Positions 45,453 to 56,178 of a stretch of DNA of 64,000 nt are shown one piece after another. This DNA is from Deltaproteobacteria bacterium UBA5205 (GTDB lineage Bacteria > Desulfobacterota > Syntrophorhabdia > Syntrophorhabdales > Syntrophorhabdaceae). The translations under genes were made by a program, and so were the position numbers. The notes below the pieces were generated by a model that was not told the origin of the DNA, searched no databases, and saw nothing but the letters and a program-made list of their open reading frames with translations. Position 1 is the stretch's first letter. The number at the start of each line of letters is the position of its first letter. Location: the NCBI GenBank assembly GCA_002412715.1, contig DHVP01000004.1, positions 8,707 through 72,706 on the forward strand, written 5' to 3'.

Positions 45453-46652
45453 GTGACCGTTTTGCGAATACTTCTAGTTCATAATCATTATGGTAATTAC
45501 GCCCAGGGCGGCGAGGCTAATGTGATGGAGGCTGAAGCACGCTTGCTCGCCGAACACGGTCATATTGTCATGAAGTATGAACGGACGAATGCAGAGATTG
45601 AAGATGCCGGTATCATGATCAGGGCAAAATCCGCTTTCAATGTTGCCTGGTCCAAAACGGCTTATGACGCCATAGACAGTATTCTTCAGGAATTTAAGCC
45701 GGATATCATGCATGTTCATAATTACTGGTTGTTGTTGACTCCCTCAATATTCGCAGCGGCTAAGCTTCGTGGCGTTGCCACGGTACTGACGCTTCACAAT
45801 TACAGACTTGTTTGTCCCGGGACACAGTTTTTGAGGAATAACGAACCTTGTGAACTTTGTTTGGATGGCAAGCCATGGCGCGTCCTCCTGCATCGTTGTT
45901 ATCCTGGAAGAAGTCTTCTTAAGTCCGTACTTTCGCTGAGACTTTTCCTTGATACGCGAAAGAAGCAATTTCTTTCACCCTGGGTCGATGGTTATATCGC
46001 CCTTTCTGATTTTGGTCGGGAGAAATTCATAGAGGGTGGATTGCCTGGAGAGAAAATTCATGTAAAACCCAACTTCATAGATGATCCGTACAAACAGGAC
46101 GAAATACCATCGTCAGGAAGGGGCGCTGTTGTCATTGGCCGAATTTCACAGGAAAAAGGGTTGGATACGGTAGCAAAAGCATGGCAGCGCCTGAATTATC
46201 CTTTGACGATAGTGGGCGATGGGCCTCTGCGGAAAAGCGTAGAACAGAAAATGCCTGCAAGTGTCAGGTTTACGGGCCAAAAGCCTCATGACGAGACCAT
46301 GCAAATATGCAAACAATCGCCAATTTTCATTTTCCCGTCAGAATGTTACGAAGGGTCCCCCTTATCCCTTCTCGAAGCGATGGCCTTGGGTCGTGCAATC
46401 ATTGCTACTGATCTTGGGCAACGGCGTGAAATAATACGGGATGGTGTCTCCGGCATTCTATATCAAGCGGGCAATGCGGAAGATCTTCGCAGGAAGATAG
46501 TTCAACTCATAGAGAACCCCGATCTATGCAAGTCTTTGGGAAATGCTGCAAGGCATACCTACCTGGAAAGGTACGTTCCGGAAAAGAACTATGAAATGTT
46601 GATGAATATTTATCAGAGAGTTCTTGGATACACCGGAGAGAGGAAGAATTAA
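45453..46652 (+). CDS. Glycosyltransferase family 4
   Basis: RILLVHNHYGNYAQGGE N-terminus and C-terminal IFIFPSECYEGSPLSLLEAMALGRAIIATDLG..EIIRDGVSGILY. Confidence 0.85.
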   Translation: MTVLRILLVHNHYGNYAQGGEANVMEAEARLLAEHGHIVMKYERTNAEIEDAGIMIRAKSAFNVAWSKTAYDAIDSILQEFKPDIMHVHNYWLLLTPSIFAAAKLRGVATVLTLHNYRLVCPGTQFLRNNEPCELCLDGKPWRVLLHRCYPGRSLLKSVLSLRLFLDTRKKQFLSPWVDGYIALSDFGREKFIEGGLPGEKIHVKPNFIDDPYKQDEIPSSGRGAVVIGRISQEKGLDTVAKAWQRLNYPLTIVGDGPLRKSVEQKMPASVRFTGQKPHDETMQICKQSPIFIFPSECYEGSPLSLLEAMALGRAIIATDLGQRREIIRDGVSGILYQAGNAEDLRRKIVQLIENPDLCKSLGNAARHTYLERYVPEKNYEMLMNIYQRVLGYTGERKN

Positions 46653-48541
46653 TGTGTGGGATTGTGGGGGTTTTTTCGCTAAATGCGAGCCAGCCCCTTT
46701 CCGAAATTAGTCTGGCACGAATGCGAGATCAAATGGAGCACAGAGGGCCCGATGATGCCGGGATTTTTTTGTACAATGACAATTCTCTCTCGCTGGGACT
46801 AGGCCACCGTAGATTATCCATCATAGACCTGTCCTCTCTTGGACATCAGCCTATGAGTACTGCTGATGAGACTCTCTGGATTGTCTTTAATGGAGAAATA
46901 TTCAACTACCAGGAGCTCAGGCAGGAACTCCTCCAAACGGGCAGACACATTTTCAGATCCAAAACAGACACAGAGGTAATTCTCTATGGGGTACGGGAAT
47001 GGGGTTTAGAAGGATGTCTCAAACGCATTCGTGGAATGTACGCTTTCGCCCTGTTCGACAAAGAAGAGCATTCCCTGACCCTTGTCAGGGATCCAGTCGG
47101 CGTAAAGCCTCTATACTATACACAGGATTCAAATACGATTGTCTTTGCATCAGAGATCAAAGCTATACTCGCAAAACCCGGCTTTCAAAAGAATATCGAT
47201 GAAACAGCCCTTTATCATTACCTGACCTTTGCTAATTCGCCAGCGCCAGCAACTCTCTTTGAAGGGGTCAAAAAGCTTGAGGCAGGCATGTATCTGAAAA
47301 TCGATCGAATGGGGCAGGCCAATAGAGTCAGATATTGGGATCCGACAAAATTCAAGCCTGAAAATACTGGCAGTAGTGAGCTAACACATATAGAAGAAGT
47401 TCGGAGGCTTTTAAGACAATCAGTGCGCCGTCGCATGGTGTCAGATGTGCCTTTTGGTGTTTTCTTGAGTGGTGGAGTTGACTCATCACTTAATGTGGCA
47501 TTGATGGCGGAGTCCATGAGCAGACCGGTTGAAACCTTCTCTGTCGGTATAGATGGCGATCCCTCGAATGAGTTCCTGTATGCCAGGCTCGTGGCCAAAC
47601 ATTTTGGGACTAACCATCATGAAGTAGTCATAAATGACGATGATTTTATATCGTTCCTGCCAAAAATGGCGTTCTTTCAAGACGAACCTTTGGCCGATCC
47701 TGTCTGTGTTCCCCTCCACTATGTTTCAAAGCTGGCCCGTGACAATGGAACAATAGTAATTCAAGTGGGCGAAGGAAGCGATGAGATCTTTGCCGGTTAT
47801 GGAATGTACGATCTTTTCAGAAAATGGAACGTCGGTGGGTTTGGCCCCTATGGGAAATTGCCTGGTTTTTTGAGAAAGCTTCTCTACCGACTAGTCGAAA
47901 CGCACACATCCCCGTACATCACCGATGCATTTAGGCGAGCATATTCTAATGAACCCTTGTTCATTGGTAACTCAATCGCTTTCTGGGATCATGAAAAGAG
48001 GCAATTGCTGAAAGACCTGGAAATTGATGAAACATCCGGAAAGATAGCCCGTGAACTGTGCACAGACTTTAATGTGAAGGATGAGCTATCGAAGATAATC
48101 CAGCTTGAATTGAAGAACCGATTGCCCGAACTATTGTTGATGCGGGTGGACAAAATGAGTATGGCTAATTCGATAGAAACACGAGTACCTTTTCTCGACG
48201 AGGATCTGGTAGAATACGCTCTTCAGATACCGTCCTCTCTAAAAATCAAAAATGGAGAACCGAAATACATCCTTAAGAAATCTGCTGAAGGTATCATTCC
48301 AACAGATGTAATCTACAGAAAGAAATGGGGGTTCTGTGGATCTGCAACAAATATGATCAATGAAAATATTGTAGCTTACGCGAAAGATACAATTATGAAC
48401 AGTTGTTTGACTGAAAGGTATCTTGACAGGCGGTATATTGAAAACATCTTCGAAAATCACAAGACGCAGAAACGTTTTAATAGTTTCAAAATTTGGAACC
48501 TTTTAAATCTTACCCTGTGGTATGACTGCTGGTTTAGTTAA
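46652..48541 (+). CDS. asnB: Asparagine synthase (glutamine-hydrolysing) family amidotransferase, exosortase-locus type
   Basis: N-terminal nucleophile MCGIVG and GHRRLSIID. Synthetase domain PP-loop FLSGGVDSS. 629 aa, overlapping the upstream stop by 1 nt. Confidence 0.9.
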   Translation: MCGIVGVFSLNASQPLSEISLARMRDQMEHRGPDDAGIFLYNDNSLSLGLGHRRLSIIDLSSLGHQPMSTADETLWIVFNGEIFNYQELRQELLQTGRHIFRSKTDTEVILYGVREWGLEGCLKRIRGMYAFALFDKEEHSLTLVRDPVGVKPLYYTQDSNTIVFASEIKAILAKPGFQKNIDETALYHYLTFANSPAPATLFEGVKKLEAGMYLKIDRMGQANRVRYWDPTKFKPENTGSSELTHIEEVRRLLRQSVRRRMVSDVPFGVFLSGGVDSSLNVALMAESMSRPVETFSVGIDGDPSNEFLYARLVAKHFGTNHHEVVINDDDFISFLPKMAFFQDEPLADPVCVPLHYVSKLARDNGTIVIQVGEGSDEIFAGYGMYDLFRKWNVGGFGPYGKLPGFLRKLLYRLVETHTSPYITDAFRRAYSNEPLFIGNSIAFWDHEKRQLLKDLEIDETSGKIARELCTDFNVKDELSKIIQLELKNRLPELLLMRVDKMSMANSIETRVPFLDEDLVEYALQIPSSLKIKNGEPKYILKKSAEGIIPTDVIYRKKWGFCGSATNMINENIVAYAKDTIMNSCLTERYLDRRYIENIFENHKTQKRFNSFKIWNLLNLTLWYDCWFS

Positions 48542-48577
48542 GCTTTGAACCGTGGAAGAGAGAATGACGGGGTTTCT

Positions 48578-50743
48578 ATGAAACAAGTTACTCAAAAATT
48601 GAAGAACGGACGCATGGAGATTTTGGAGGTGCCGTGTCCAATGCTTGGGAAAGGGCATATACTTGTACGAAATCGCTACTCCCTTATCAGTGCCGGTACC
48701 GAGGGAAGCACGGTCAAAACCGCTCGAAGCAGCTATCTGGCAAAAGCCATGGAGAGGCCTCAGCAGGCAAAACAAGTTCTCGACACTCTTCGCTCTCAGG
48801 GTATTGCACAAACGTACAGAGCGGTAATGAAAAAGCTCGACGCCTATTCCCCTTTGGGTTATTCCTGCGCCGGAAAGGTCATTGATGTAGGTGCCGGGGT
48901 AGAAGAATTCAGTGTTGGAGATCTTGTTGCGTGCGGCGGGCTTACGGCATCCCACGCTGAAGTAGTGTCGGTCCCGGTTAACCTCTGCGTGAAGCTTTCT
49001 CCCGATGCCGATCTCAAGAAGGCGGCATACAATACCCTTGGTTCTATTGCCTTGCAAGGCGTAAGGCAGGCCGATCTTCGGCTTGGAGAGACCTGCGCAA
49101 TTATTGGAATGGGACTTTTGGGACAGCTCACCGGGCTTATCTTGAGAGCTTCGGGTGTGAGGGTGATCGGTATCGATATTGACCCATCTATGGTGGAGAT
49201 CGCAGAAAGATACTCTGCCGATCTGGCATTACAGCGCGGTACCGCAGGTATTGATGACAGGGTTATCCAGTTTGGTCGAGGTCTCGGTTGTGATGCTGTA
49301 ATCATAACGGCGGCCAGCAGGTCTTTGGATCCCATCAATTTTGCCGGGTCAATTTCACGGAAGAAAGGTACAATAGTCGTCGTCGGCGCAGTTCCAACCG
49401 GGTTCGATCGAGAGCCGAATTTTTATAAGAAAGAACTACAGGTCAAGATGTCGTGTTCTTATGGACCGGGACGTTATGATCCGCTGTATGAAGAAAAGGG
49501 CATCGACTATCCGGCGGCATATGTGCGATGGACTGAGAAGCGTAACATGGAAGCGTTCCAGGAATTGATCCAAAGCAAAAAGATCGACGTAGATTATTTG
49601 ACCACGCACACAGTCAAATTGGAAAATGTCCCTAAAGCTTACGACATGATGCTTTCCAAGTCGGAGCCATTCATCGGTATCCTCATAGAGTATGATGTTG
49701 GAAACGACTTTTCGAGAAATTATTCGAGGATCAATTTAAAAGGAAACGAGAAAAATGCAGGGCCCGACACTGTTTCGATAGGCTTCATCGGCGCCGGATC
49801 GTACGCCCAGAGTCATCTTCTGCCTAATATACCAAAAGAGAAGGACGTTATCTTGAAAGGCGTTACGACCTTCACTGGTATTGGTTCACAATCGGTGGCG
49901 GAACGTTTCAATTTTGAATTCTGTGCAGGCAGTGACAAAGACATTCTGGAAGACCCCGAGGTCAACACGGTATTTGTTGCAACCCGTCATGATTCGCATG
50001 CTCAATATGTCTTAAGCGCTCTACGGGCTGCTAAACATGTCTTCGTAGAGAAACCGCTTTGTCTCACTGAGCCGGGGCTAAAGGAGATCACCGATCTTTA
50101 TTCAATCCTCAGTGCTCAGCAATCAATAACACCCATCCTTATGGTCGGCTACAATCGACGTTTTTCCCCCCTTGCCAGGGAAATGAAAAAGGCTCTTGGA
50201 CAGGGACCCATGGCCATAACGTATCGGATCAATGCAGGGAGGATTGCTGCCGATTCATGGATTCAGGATCCAGAGATTGGCGGAGGAAGGATCATTGGGG
50301 AAGCCTGCCATTTTATTGATTTCATTACCTACCTTACCGGGTCGTTGCCTGTGTCCGTCCATATGGTCGCAATGGCCATGCCGGGAAATTTGAACGACAC
50401 GGCCATCCTCTCGCTTTCTTATTCTGATGGGTCTATTGGAAGTATTTGTTATTTCGCCAATGGAGACAAAGGCGTGCCCAAGGAATATGTGGAAGTTTAT
50501 TGCCATGGCGTAACTGCTATTTTAGAGGATTTTCGGTCCCTTTCCATCTATGCATCAGGAAAGAGAAAACAGAAAAAGATGTCTAGTCAGGATAAAGGGC
50601 ACAAGAATGAAGTCCAGGAATTTTTACGGGCTGTAAAAAGCGGCAACTCGTCGCCCATTCCTTTTGACGAGATCATCAGTAGTTCCCTGGCAACATTCAA
50701 GGCAATTGAGTCCTACAGAACGGGGAAAGCCATGAGGTTCTAA
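48578..50743 (+). CDS. Bi-domain oxidoreductase (MDR zinc-ADH-like domain + Gfo/Idh/MocA domain)
   Basis: N-terminal MDR-like segment with AIIGMGLLGQL Rossmann. C-terminal Gfo/Idh/MocA IGFIGAGSYAQSHLLP and VFVEKPL. Confidence 0.85.
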   Translation: MKQVTQKLKNGRMEILEVPCPMLGKGHILVRNRYSLISAGTEGSTVKTARSSYLAKAMERPQQAKQVLDTLRSQGIAQTYRAVMKKLDAYSPLGYSCAGKVIDVGAGVEEFSVGDLVACGGLTASHAEVVSVPVNLCVKLSPDADLKKAAYNTLGSIALQGVRQADLRLGETCAIIGMGLLGQLTGLILRASGVRVIGIDIDPSMVEIAERYSADLALQRGTAGIDDRVIQFGRGLGCDAVIITAASRSLDPINFAGSISRKKGTIVVVGAVPTGFDREPNFYKKELQVKMSCSYGPGRYDPLYEEKGIDYPAAYVRWTEKRNMEAFQELIQSKKIDVDYLTTHTVKLENVPKAYDMMLSKSEPFIGILIEYDVGNDFSRNYSRINLKGNEKNAGPDTVSIGFIGAGSYAQSHLLPNIPKEKDVILKGVTTFTGIGSQSVAERFNFEFCAGSDKDILEDPEVNTVFVATRHDSHAQYVLSALRAAKHVFVEKPLCLTEPGLKEITDLYSILSAQQSITPILMVGYNRRFSPLAREMKKALGQGPMAITYRINAGRIAADSWIQDPEIGGGRIIGEACHFIDFITYLTGSLPVSVHMVAMAMPGNLNDTAILSLSYSDGSIGSICYFANGDKGVPKEYVEVYCHGVTAILEDFRSLSIYASGKRKQKKMSSQDKGHKNEVQEFLRAVKSGNSSPIPFDEIISSSLATFKAIESYRTGKAMRF

Positions 50744-50762
50744 TTTCGGTGGTTATCACGCT

Positions 50763-52598
50763 TTGAAAGGCAGCAAGACAAGTTTTTATATATCCAGGTT
50801 TCGACGGGCTTCCATACCTGAACTGGTCCATAGGGCTGTTGAGGCCCTTTCCATCAAGAAGATCAGGCGAGCGATCAGGGCCGGGAAGCCACTGTATACG
50901 ATCCCGGCTGTTTGCATGAGAGAGATTGATGCTCTCTGTCTACCTGAAATGATATTTCGCAATTCTGACAATCAGATACAGAGACTGATGCATGGTGGAA
51001 AATTCACTCTTAATACAGAAGAGAGTGAGATTCTGAGCTGCGAAAGAATGTGGAGAGATAAGTTTTATTCGGATGTCCATCCCGATGCTTCTCTTGATAT
51101 AAGATCTGTGTGGGAGCCGGCCCGCTTGCAAAATATTTCAGTCCTGCTGGCAGACATAACCGGGTCGGACGACCGTTCTCGTGTGGCTATGGCTAAGAAC
51201 ATTGCCAAAAATGAGGTTCTCGAGTGGCTGGATTCCAATCCCTTCTTTTTCGGGCCCCACTACATGTCCGCCATGGAATGCGGATTACGTATCCCGGTAT
51301 TTTTCTACTGTTTGAAGGGGTTGGACAATCTTACGGATGCCGACAGCCTGCGGTTGCTGACGTTTATTTATGAACACGCCTGGCTGGTATTTAAGCGTTT
51401 GTCGCTGTATTCATCTGTCGGTAATCATACCGTAGCTGAATGTGTCGGGCTCGTATTTGGCGGCGCCATGTTCCGAAACTCCAGGGAAGGCATGCAGTGG
51501 TTGCAAAAAGGATCAGAACTTCTGGAACAGGAACTGTACCATCAGGTTCTTGCGGACGGAGGGCCCGCCGAACAATCCTTAAGCTATCACCGATTCGTCC
51601 TGGATCTGTATTGGCTTGCAGCAGATTTTCTTGAATCGAACAATCTTGCCGATTGTAGTTCTTGGAAAACAAGGCTCATTGAAGGAGAGCATTTCCTCGC
51701 ATGTTTTTCAGATTTATCGGGAAATCTTCCATCCATAGGCGATAGCGATGATGGCCGTGCCATGGCACCCGGCATTTGTCCGAAAAGAGACGGTAAGGAT
51801 ACTGTGGAAACAAAACCGTGCATAACCTTTCCGGAGAGTGGATATACAGTGGTCCGGGGTGACAACGGCATGCTTCTTACCTTTGATCATGGCCAGCTTG
51901 GAATGGGCCCTTTGTACAATCATGGCCACGCGGATGCTCTTTCCATCACACTTTCCGTTGCGGGAGAACAAGTCATAGTTGACCCCGGGACATTCCGGTA
52001 TAATGGAGTGCCGGAATGGCGACGTTACTTCAAAGGAACCAGGGCACATAATACGGTAACCATTGATGCCAGGGATCAAGCTATTCAGGCAACCGGCTTC
52101 ATCTGGAGCCATCCCTACAGCGCAAAACTCGTTAAGGTTTCCGATAACGATGGCAAGCCATACATTGAGGCGACGCATGATGGATATTCGAGGCTTCCTG
52201 AGCCCGTTATCCACAGGCGGGTTGTCGCTTTTTGCTCGCGCAGCCTTTTTCTCATTAAAGACTCATTTTCAGGAAAAGGTCTGCATAATTTCGAACTCAA
52301 TTTTCACGTCCATCCGGATTGCACGTTTGAATGGAATGGCAGACATTCACTTATCAAAAAAGGGGCGGCGGAAATATCGATCATGTTGCTGGGCGGAAAA
52401 GAGTTCAGTACGAGCTGCGGTGATACGGCACCGCCGTTTGGATGGTATTCCCAGGCTTACGGTCTAAAGACACAAAGCCCCGTTTTGTTCTGCGAGATGC
52501 ATGGCCAACCCGATCATGTTTCTTATGCAACAGCCATAAGTCTGGGTGGTACTATCCCCGACAAAGCAGTTCTGGAGGAAATTGCTTGCCGTCTTTAG
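50763..52598 (+). CDS. Heparinase II/III-like (alginate-lyase fold) protein
   Basis: 611 aa with an alpha/alpha toroid-like N-terminal half. YNHGHADALS motif and a beta-sandwich C-terminal half, typical of the family. Confidence 0.75.
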   Translation: MKGSKTSFYISRFRRASIPELVHRAVEALSIKKIRRAIRAGKPLYTIPAVCMREIDALCLPEMIFRNSDNQIQRLMHGGKFTLNTEESEILSCERMWRDKFYSDVHPDASLDIRSVWEPARLQNISVLLADITGSDDRSRVAMAKNIAKNEVLEWLDSNPFFFGPHYMSAMECGLRIPVFFYCLKGLDNLTDADSLRLLTFIYEHAWLVFKRLSLYSSVGNHTVAECVGLVFGGAMFRNSREGMQWLQKGSELLEQELYHQVLADGGPAEQSLSYHRFVLDLYWLAADFLESNNLADCSSWKTRLIEGEHFLACFSDLSGNLPSIGDSDDGRAMAPGICPKRDGKDTVETKPCITFPESGYTVVRGDNGMLLTFDHGQLGMGPLYNHGHADALSITLSVAGEQVIVDPGTFRYNGVPEWRRYFKGTRAHNTVTIDARDQAIQATGFIWSHPYSAKLVKVSDNDGKPYIEATHDGYSRLPEPVIHRRVVAFCSRSLFLIKDSFSGKGLHNFELNFHVHPDCTFEWNGRHSLIKKGAAEISIMLLGGKEFSTSCGDTAPPFGWYSQAYGLKTQSPVLFCEMHGQPDHVSYATAISLGGTIPDKAVLEEIACRL

Positions 52599-52606
52599 AT
52601 GGGAGA

Positions 52607-53356
52607 TTGCCTATTCTTGATATATGGGTTGATCCTGTTACCACAGATCAAGCCTTGGCATATGTGAGGCACGTTGTCGAAACTGGCGATAGGCCCCACT
52701 CAATATTTGCGGTCAATCCGGAGAAGAACTTTTCGGTGCCGAAGAACCCCATTCTTTGGCAGACATTCAGGGTTGCGGATCTTCTCATACCTGACGGGAT
52801 TGGTATTGTTCTGGCGGCAAGGATTTTGTATGGCGCAAGAATGAAACGTGTTCCCGGTGTTGAGTTTATGCTTGAAATTTGCAGGCTTGCGGCGGCACGT
52901 GGATATAGAGTTTTCATATATGGGGCAAAGGAAGAAACGAGCAAGAAGGCAGTGGACGAATTGATCCGGCGTTACCCGGGTCTTAAAGTTGTCGGCCGGG
53001 CCAACGGTTATGTGAGAGATGAAGAAATGCCGCAGCTGATAGACAGGATTAATACATCCGGAGCCGAGATTCTCTTCCTTGCCCTTGGATCTCCGAAACA
53101 GGAACAATGGTTTACAACACACAAGGACTCCCTGAAACGTGCAAGGGTTTGCCAGGGAATTGGGGGAACACTAGATGCAATTACGGGGAATGTTAAGCGA
53201 GCCCCGGAGGTGTGGTGTAAATACAATGTTGAATGGCTTTATCGACTGATATCAGAACCAAAAAGAATAAAGAGACAAAAAGTGCTTCCCGTTTTCGCTT
53301 TGCTGGTTATGGTCGCTAAACTGAAAATGATTTTTCATAGTGAAAGGAAAAGATGA
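52607..53356 (+). CDS. WecG/TagA/CpsF family glycosyltransferase (N-acetylmannosaminyl/mannosaminuronyl transferase)
   Basis: ILDIWVDPVTTDQALAYV, FAVNPEKN, DLLIPDGIGIV, YGAKEE, LGSPKQEQW and IGGTLD motifs. Likely TTG start at 52607; the ORF track begins at 52442 inside the previous gene. Confidence 0.85.
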   Translation: MPILDIWVDPVTTDQALAYVRHVVETGDRPHSIFAVNPEKNFSVPKNPILWQTFRVADLLIPDGIGIVLAARILYGARMKRVPGVEFMLEICRLAAARGYRVFIYGAKEETSKKAVDELIRRYPGLKVVGRANGYVRDEEMPQLIDRINTSGAEILFLALGSPKQEQWFTTHKDSLKRARVCQGIGGTLDAITGNVKRAPEVWCKYNVEWLYRLISEPKRIKRQKVLPVFALLVMVAKLKMIFHSERKR

Positions 53357-53357
53357 C

Positions 53358-54452
53358 ATGAAAGTGTTTCTGATAGCCGGGGCCAGGCCTAATTTCATGA
53401 AGATCGCGCCGGTTTTCCGTGCCTCGCGGGAATATGAAAACGTCCAATGTAAAATAGTCCATACCGGACAGCACTACGATTACGAAATGTCCCAGACTTT
53501 TTTCGATGAGCTGGGGATACCGAAACCGGCATTTTATCTTGATGCCGGATCCGGTTCCCACGCCCAGCAGACCGCAAAGATCATGGTAGCCTTTGAAAAG
53601 GTGTGTGAGAAAGAAAGACCTGACATTGTTATGGTTGTCGGTGATGTTAATTCTACGTTGGCTTGCAGTGTTGTAGCAAAAAAGTTGTGTATAAAAGTTG
53701 CCCATGTAGAAGCTGGACTAAGAAGCTTTGACTTTACCATGCCGGAAGAGATAAATCGGATGGTGACCGATGTTCTTTCGGACTATTTCTTCGTAACGGA
53801 GGAAAGCGGCGTTGAGAACCTCCTCAAAGAGGGGAAGCCCAAGGCAAAGATCTATTTTGTCGGTCACGTCATGGTAGACAACCTCTTGTACCAGAAAAAG
53901 CTTCTTGAAGAGTCAGATACGACCGGATTTTCAGTTTGTGAGCTGAAAAATAAGTTCAAAACTTATGCGTTCTTAACCCTTCATAGGCCATCCAATGTTG
54001 ATGACCGTAAGGCCTTCGGTCGGATCGCAGGAGCATTGGGCGAGATCGCGCGAAAACGGCCGATTTTTTTTCCGGTACACCCTCGAACGGCAAAGATGAT
54101 GAAGGAGCATGGCATTAAATTATCAAAAGACGTCATCTTACTGCCTCCCCTTGGTTTCCAGGAATCACTTTTTCTCTGGAAGGATTCCCAAGTGGTTCTC
54201 ACGGATAGCGGAGGGCTTCAGGAAGAGACAACGGCCCTTGGGGTACCTTGCGTGACGATCCGCGAGAATACCGAAAGGCCCATCACGATAAAGATGGGAA
54301 CCAATGTCCTAGCAGGTACAAAAAGGGAAAATATTGTCAAGGCCTACGACGAGAGCATGAAAAAGGCAGAAAAGGCGAGAATTCCCTCAAAATGGGACGG
54401 TAAAGCGGCCAAGCGGATGTGGAAAGTATTGCTTAAAAATGAAGAGTTTTGA
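53358..54452 (+). CDS. wecB: UDP-N-acetylglucosamine 2-epimerase (non-hydrolysing)
   Basis: MKVFLIAGARPNFMKIAPV, HTGQHYDYEMSQ, VVGDVNSTLA, HVEAGLRS and TDSGGLQEE. Confidence 0.9.
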   Translation: MKVFLIAGARPNFMKIAPVFRASREYENVQCKIVHTGQHYDYEMSQTFFDELGIPKPAFYLDAGSGSHAQQTAKIMVAFEKVCEKERPDIVMVVGDVNSTLACSVVAKKLCIKVAHVEAGLRSFDFTMPEEINRMVTDVLSDYFFVTEESGVENLLKEGKPKAKIYFVGHVMVDNLLYQKKLLEESDTTGFSVCELKNKFKTYAFLTLHRPSNVDDRKAFGRIAGALGEIARKRPIFFPVHPRTAKMMKEHGIKLSKDVILLPPLGFQESLFLWKDSQVVLTDSGGLQEETTALGVPCVTIRENTERPITIKMGTNVLAGTKRENIVKAYDESMKKAEKARIPSKWDGKAAKRMWKVLLKNEEF

Positions 54453-54500
54453 TTCTCCTAATTGGTTTAACATGCAGTCATTCTTGAAAGACAATTCGAG

Positions 54501-56093
54501 GTGGTTATATTGAAGGTACTCGAAGATATAACGATAAGACCAGCGAGCTGGGTCAAAGCCGGTGTATACGCTCTGGTTATTGGCGCCGCGTATTTTTCGA
54601 CCCTTACCTATCTTGTAGGTCTCTGGAATAACGATGATTTTTCTTACTGCTATCTTGTTCCTTTCTTTGTACTTTTCCTGATCTGGGAAAAAAGAAAAAG
54701 ACTTGCCGCAATACCGTCGAATCCCTCATGGAAAGGGGCGATAGTATTTGGTATCGGCATCCTTCTCTATTGTTTGGGCGAGTTTGGAGGTGAGTATTAT
54801 ACACTTTTTATATCTTTCTGGTTGGTAATCGTAGGCATTGTATGGTTGCATTTCGGATGGCGGAAGGTAAAGACCATCTGGTTTGCGCTGGCCACGATGC
54901 TTGCCATGTTCCCGCCTCCCAATATAATTTGCGTGCAGGTCAGCCTCGGGCTGAAGCTTCTTTCTTCGCAACTAGGTGTATGGTTGCTTCACCTCTCGGG
55001 AATGTCAGCTTTCAGAGAGGGAAACATCATCGATCTGGGTTTTACCCAGCTCCAGGTCGTGGATGCCTGCAGCGGATTGCGATATTTGGTGCCGCTCATG
55101 GTGCTGAGCCTGCTTTTCGCCCACTGGTTCATGGGACATTTTTGGAAACGCGTTGTGCTTTTCGCTTCGGCTGTACCGCTTGCAATATTCATCAACAGCT
55201 TCCGCATAGCGATGACAGGTATTTTATACCGTCTTGCCGGAGCTGAGATTGCGAAAGGGTTCTTCCATGGATTCGCTGGTGGGCTCATTTTTGTGGTTGC
55301 TCTGCCGGTTTTCTTTGCCATAGTCTGTTTCCTAAAAAGAATGCCTCCCAAGGAGACGGGATTCAAACTGCAGTTGGCGAATGTTTCGCCCGAAATGCTA
55401 AAATTGGGCCGCGAGCGCGAGCCCGTTGCAAACAAAGGATGGAGGGAGGCCCTTTTCCAATCTCGTTTCGTGGCTGTAGTTATTGTTCTCCTCGGCGTCT
55501 TTGCCATTGCCCATACTTTTGACTTTCGTGAAAAGATACCCGTTCGGAAGCCTTTTAGTCAGTTTCCCGTGGCCGTGGAGGAATGGAGGGGGGCAAAGCA
55601 GACCATGGATCAGCAGTTCATAGATGCACTTAAATTCAGCGACTATATTAGCGTCAATTATTATAACAGGCAGGGCAAGATGGTGAGTTTATATGTAGCC
55701 TACTATGACGACCAGATCAAGGGCGAATCCATTCATTCACCGGCGTCATGTTTACCGACCAGCGGCTGGGAGTTCCGCGAGGTGGGGACAGCGGGGCTCC
55801 CGGAGGGTGCCGGGCAGCGGTCAATAAAGGTCAATCGAGCCTTCATTGAAAAGGAAGGGTTCACAGATGTTGCCTACTATTGGTTCCCCATGCGCGGGAA
55901 GGTGCTGACCCAGCTATATCAAATTAAGCTTCACAATTTCTGGGATGCCCTAACAGCGCGAAGAACGGACGGTGCCGTGATAATAGTCGTAACTCCCATC
56001 TATCCAGCCGAACCGCCAAGAGAAGCGGACCAACGACTGCAGAAGTTTGTAGCCGATATAAGGCCAATCCTGAGTGAATTTTTGCCGGAATAG
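54501..56093 (+). CDS. Exosortase (EpsH/Xrt family) fused to a C-terminal EpsI-family domain
   Basis: Exosortase catalytic Cys/Arg/His contexts VDACSGLRYL, FINSFRIAMTG and FFHGFAGG. EpsI-like ESIHSPASCLPTSGWEF in the C-terminal soluble domain. Confidence 0.85.
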   Translation: MVILKVLEDITIRPASWVKAGVYALVIGAAYFSTLTYLVGLWNNDDFSYCYLVPFFVLFLIWEKRKRLAAIPSNPSWKGAIVFGIGILLYCLGEFGGEYYTLFISFWLVIVGIVWLHFGWRKVKTIWFALATMLAMFPPPNIICVQVSLGLKLLSSQLGVWLLHLSGMSAFREGNIIDLGFTQLQVVDACSGLRYLVPLMVLSLLFAHWFMGHFWKRVVLFASAVPLAIFINSFRIAMTGILYRLAGAEIAKGFFHGFAGGLIFVVALPVFFAIVCFLKRMPPKETGFKLQLANVSPEMLKLGREREPVANKGWREALFQSRFVAVVIVLLGVFAIAHTFDFREKIPVRKPFSQFPVAVEEWRGAKQTMDQQFIDALKFSDYISVNYYNRQGKMVSLYVAYYDDQIKGESIHSPASCLPTSGWEFREVGTAGLPEGAGQRSIKVNRAFIEKEGFTDVAYYWFPMRGKVLTQLYQIKLHNFWDALTARRTDGAVIIVVTPIYPAEPPREADQRLQKFVADIRPILSEFLPE

Positions 56094-56178
56094 TAAACTT
56101 TATGTGTTACGGGAGTTCTTCTTTTGAATCCGTAACATCCGTTTCAAATCTTTTACATGTAAGCCGAAACAATCTCTT

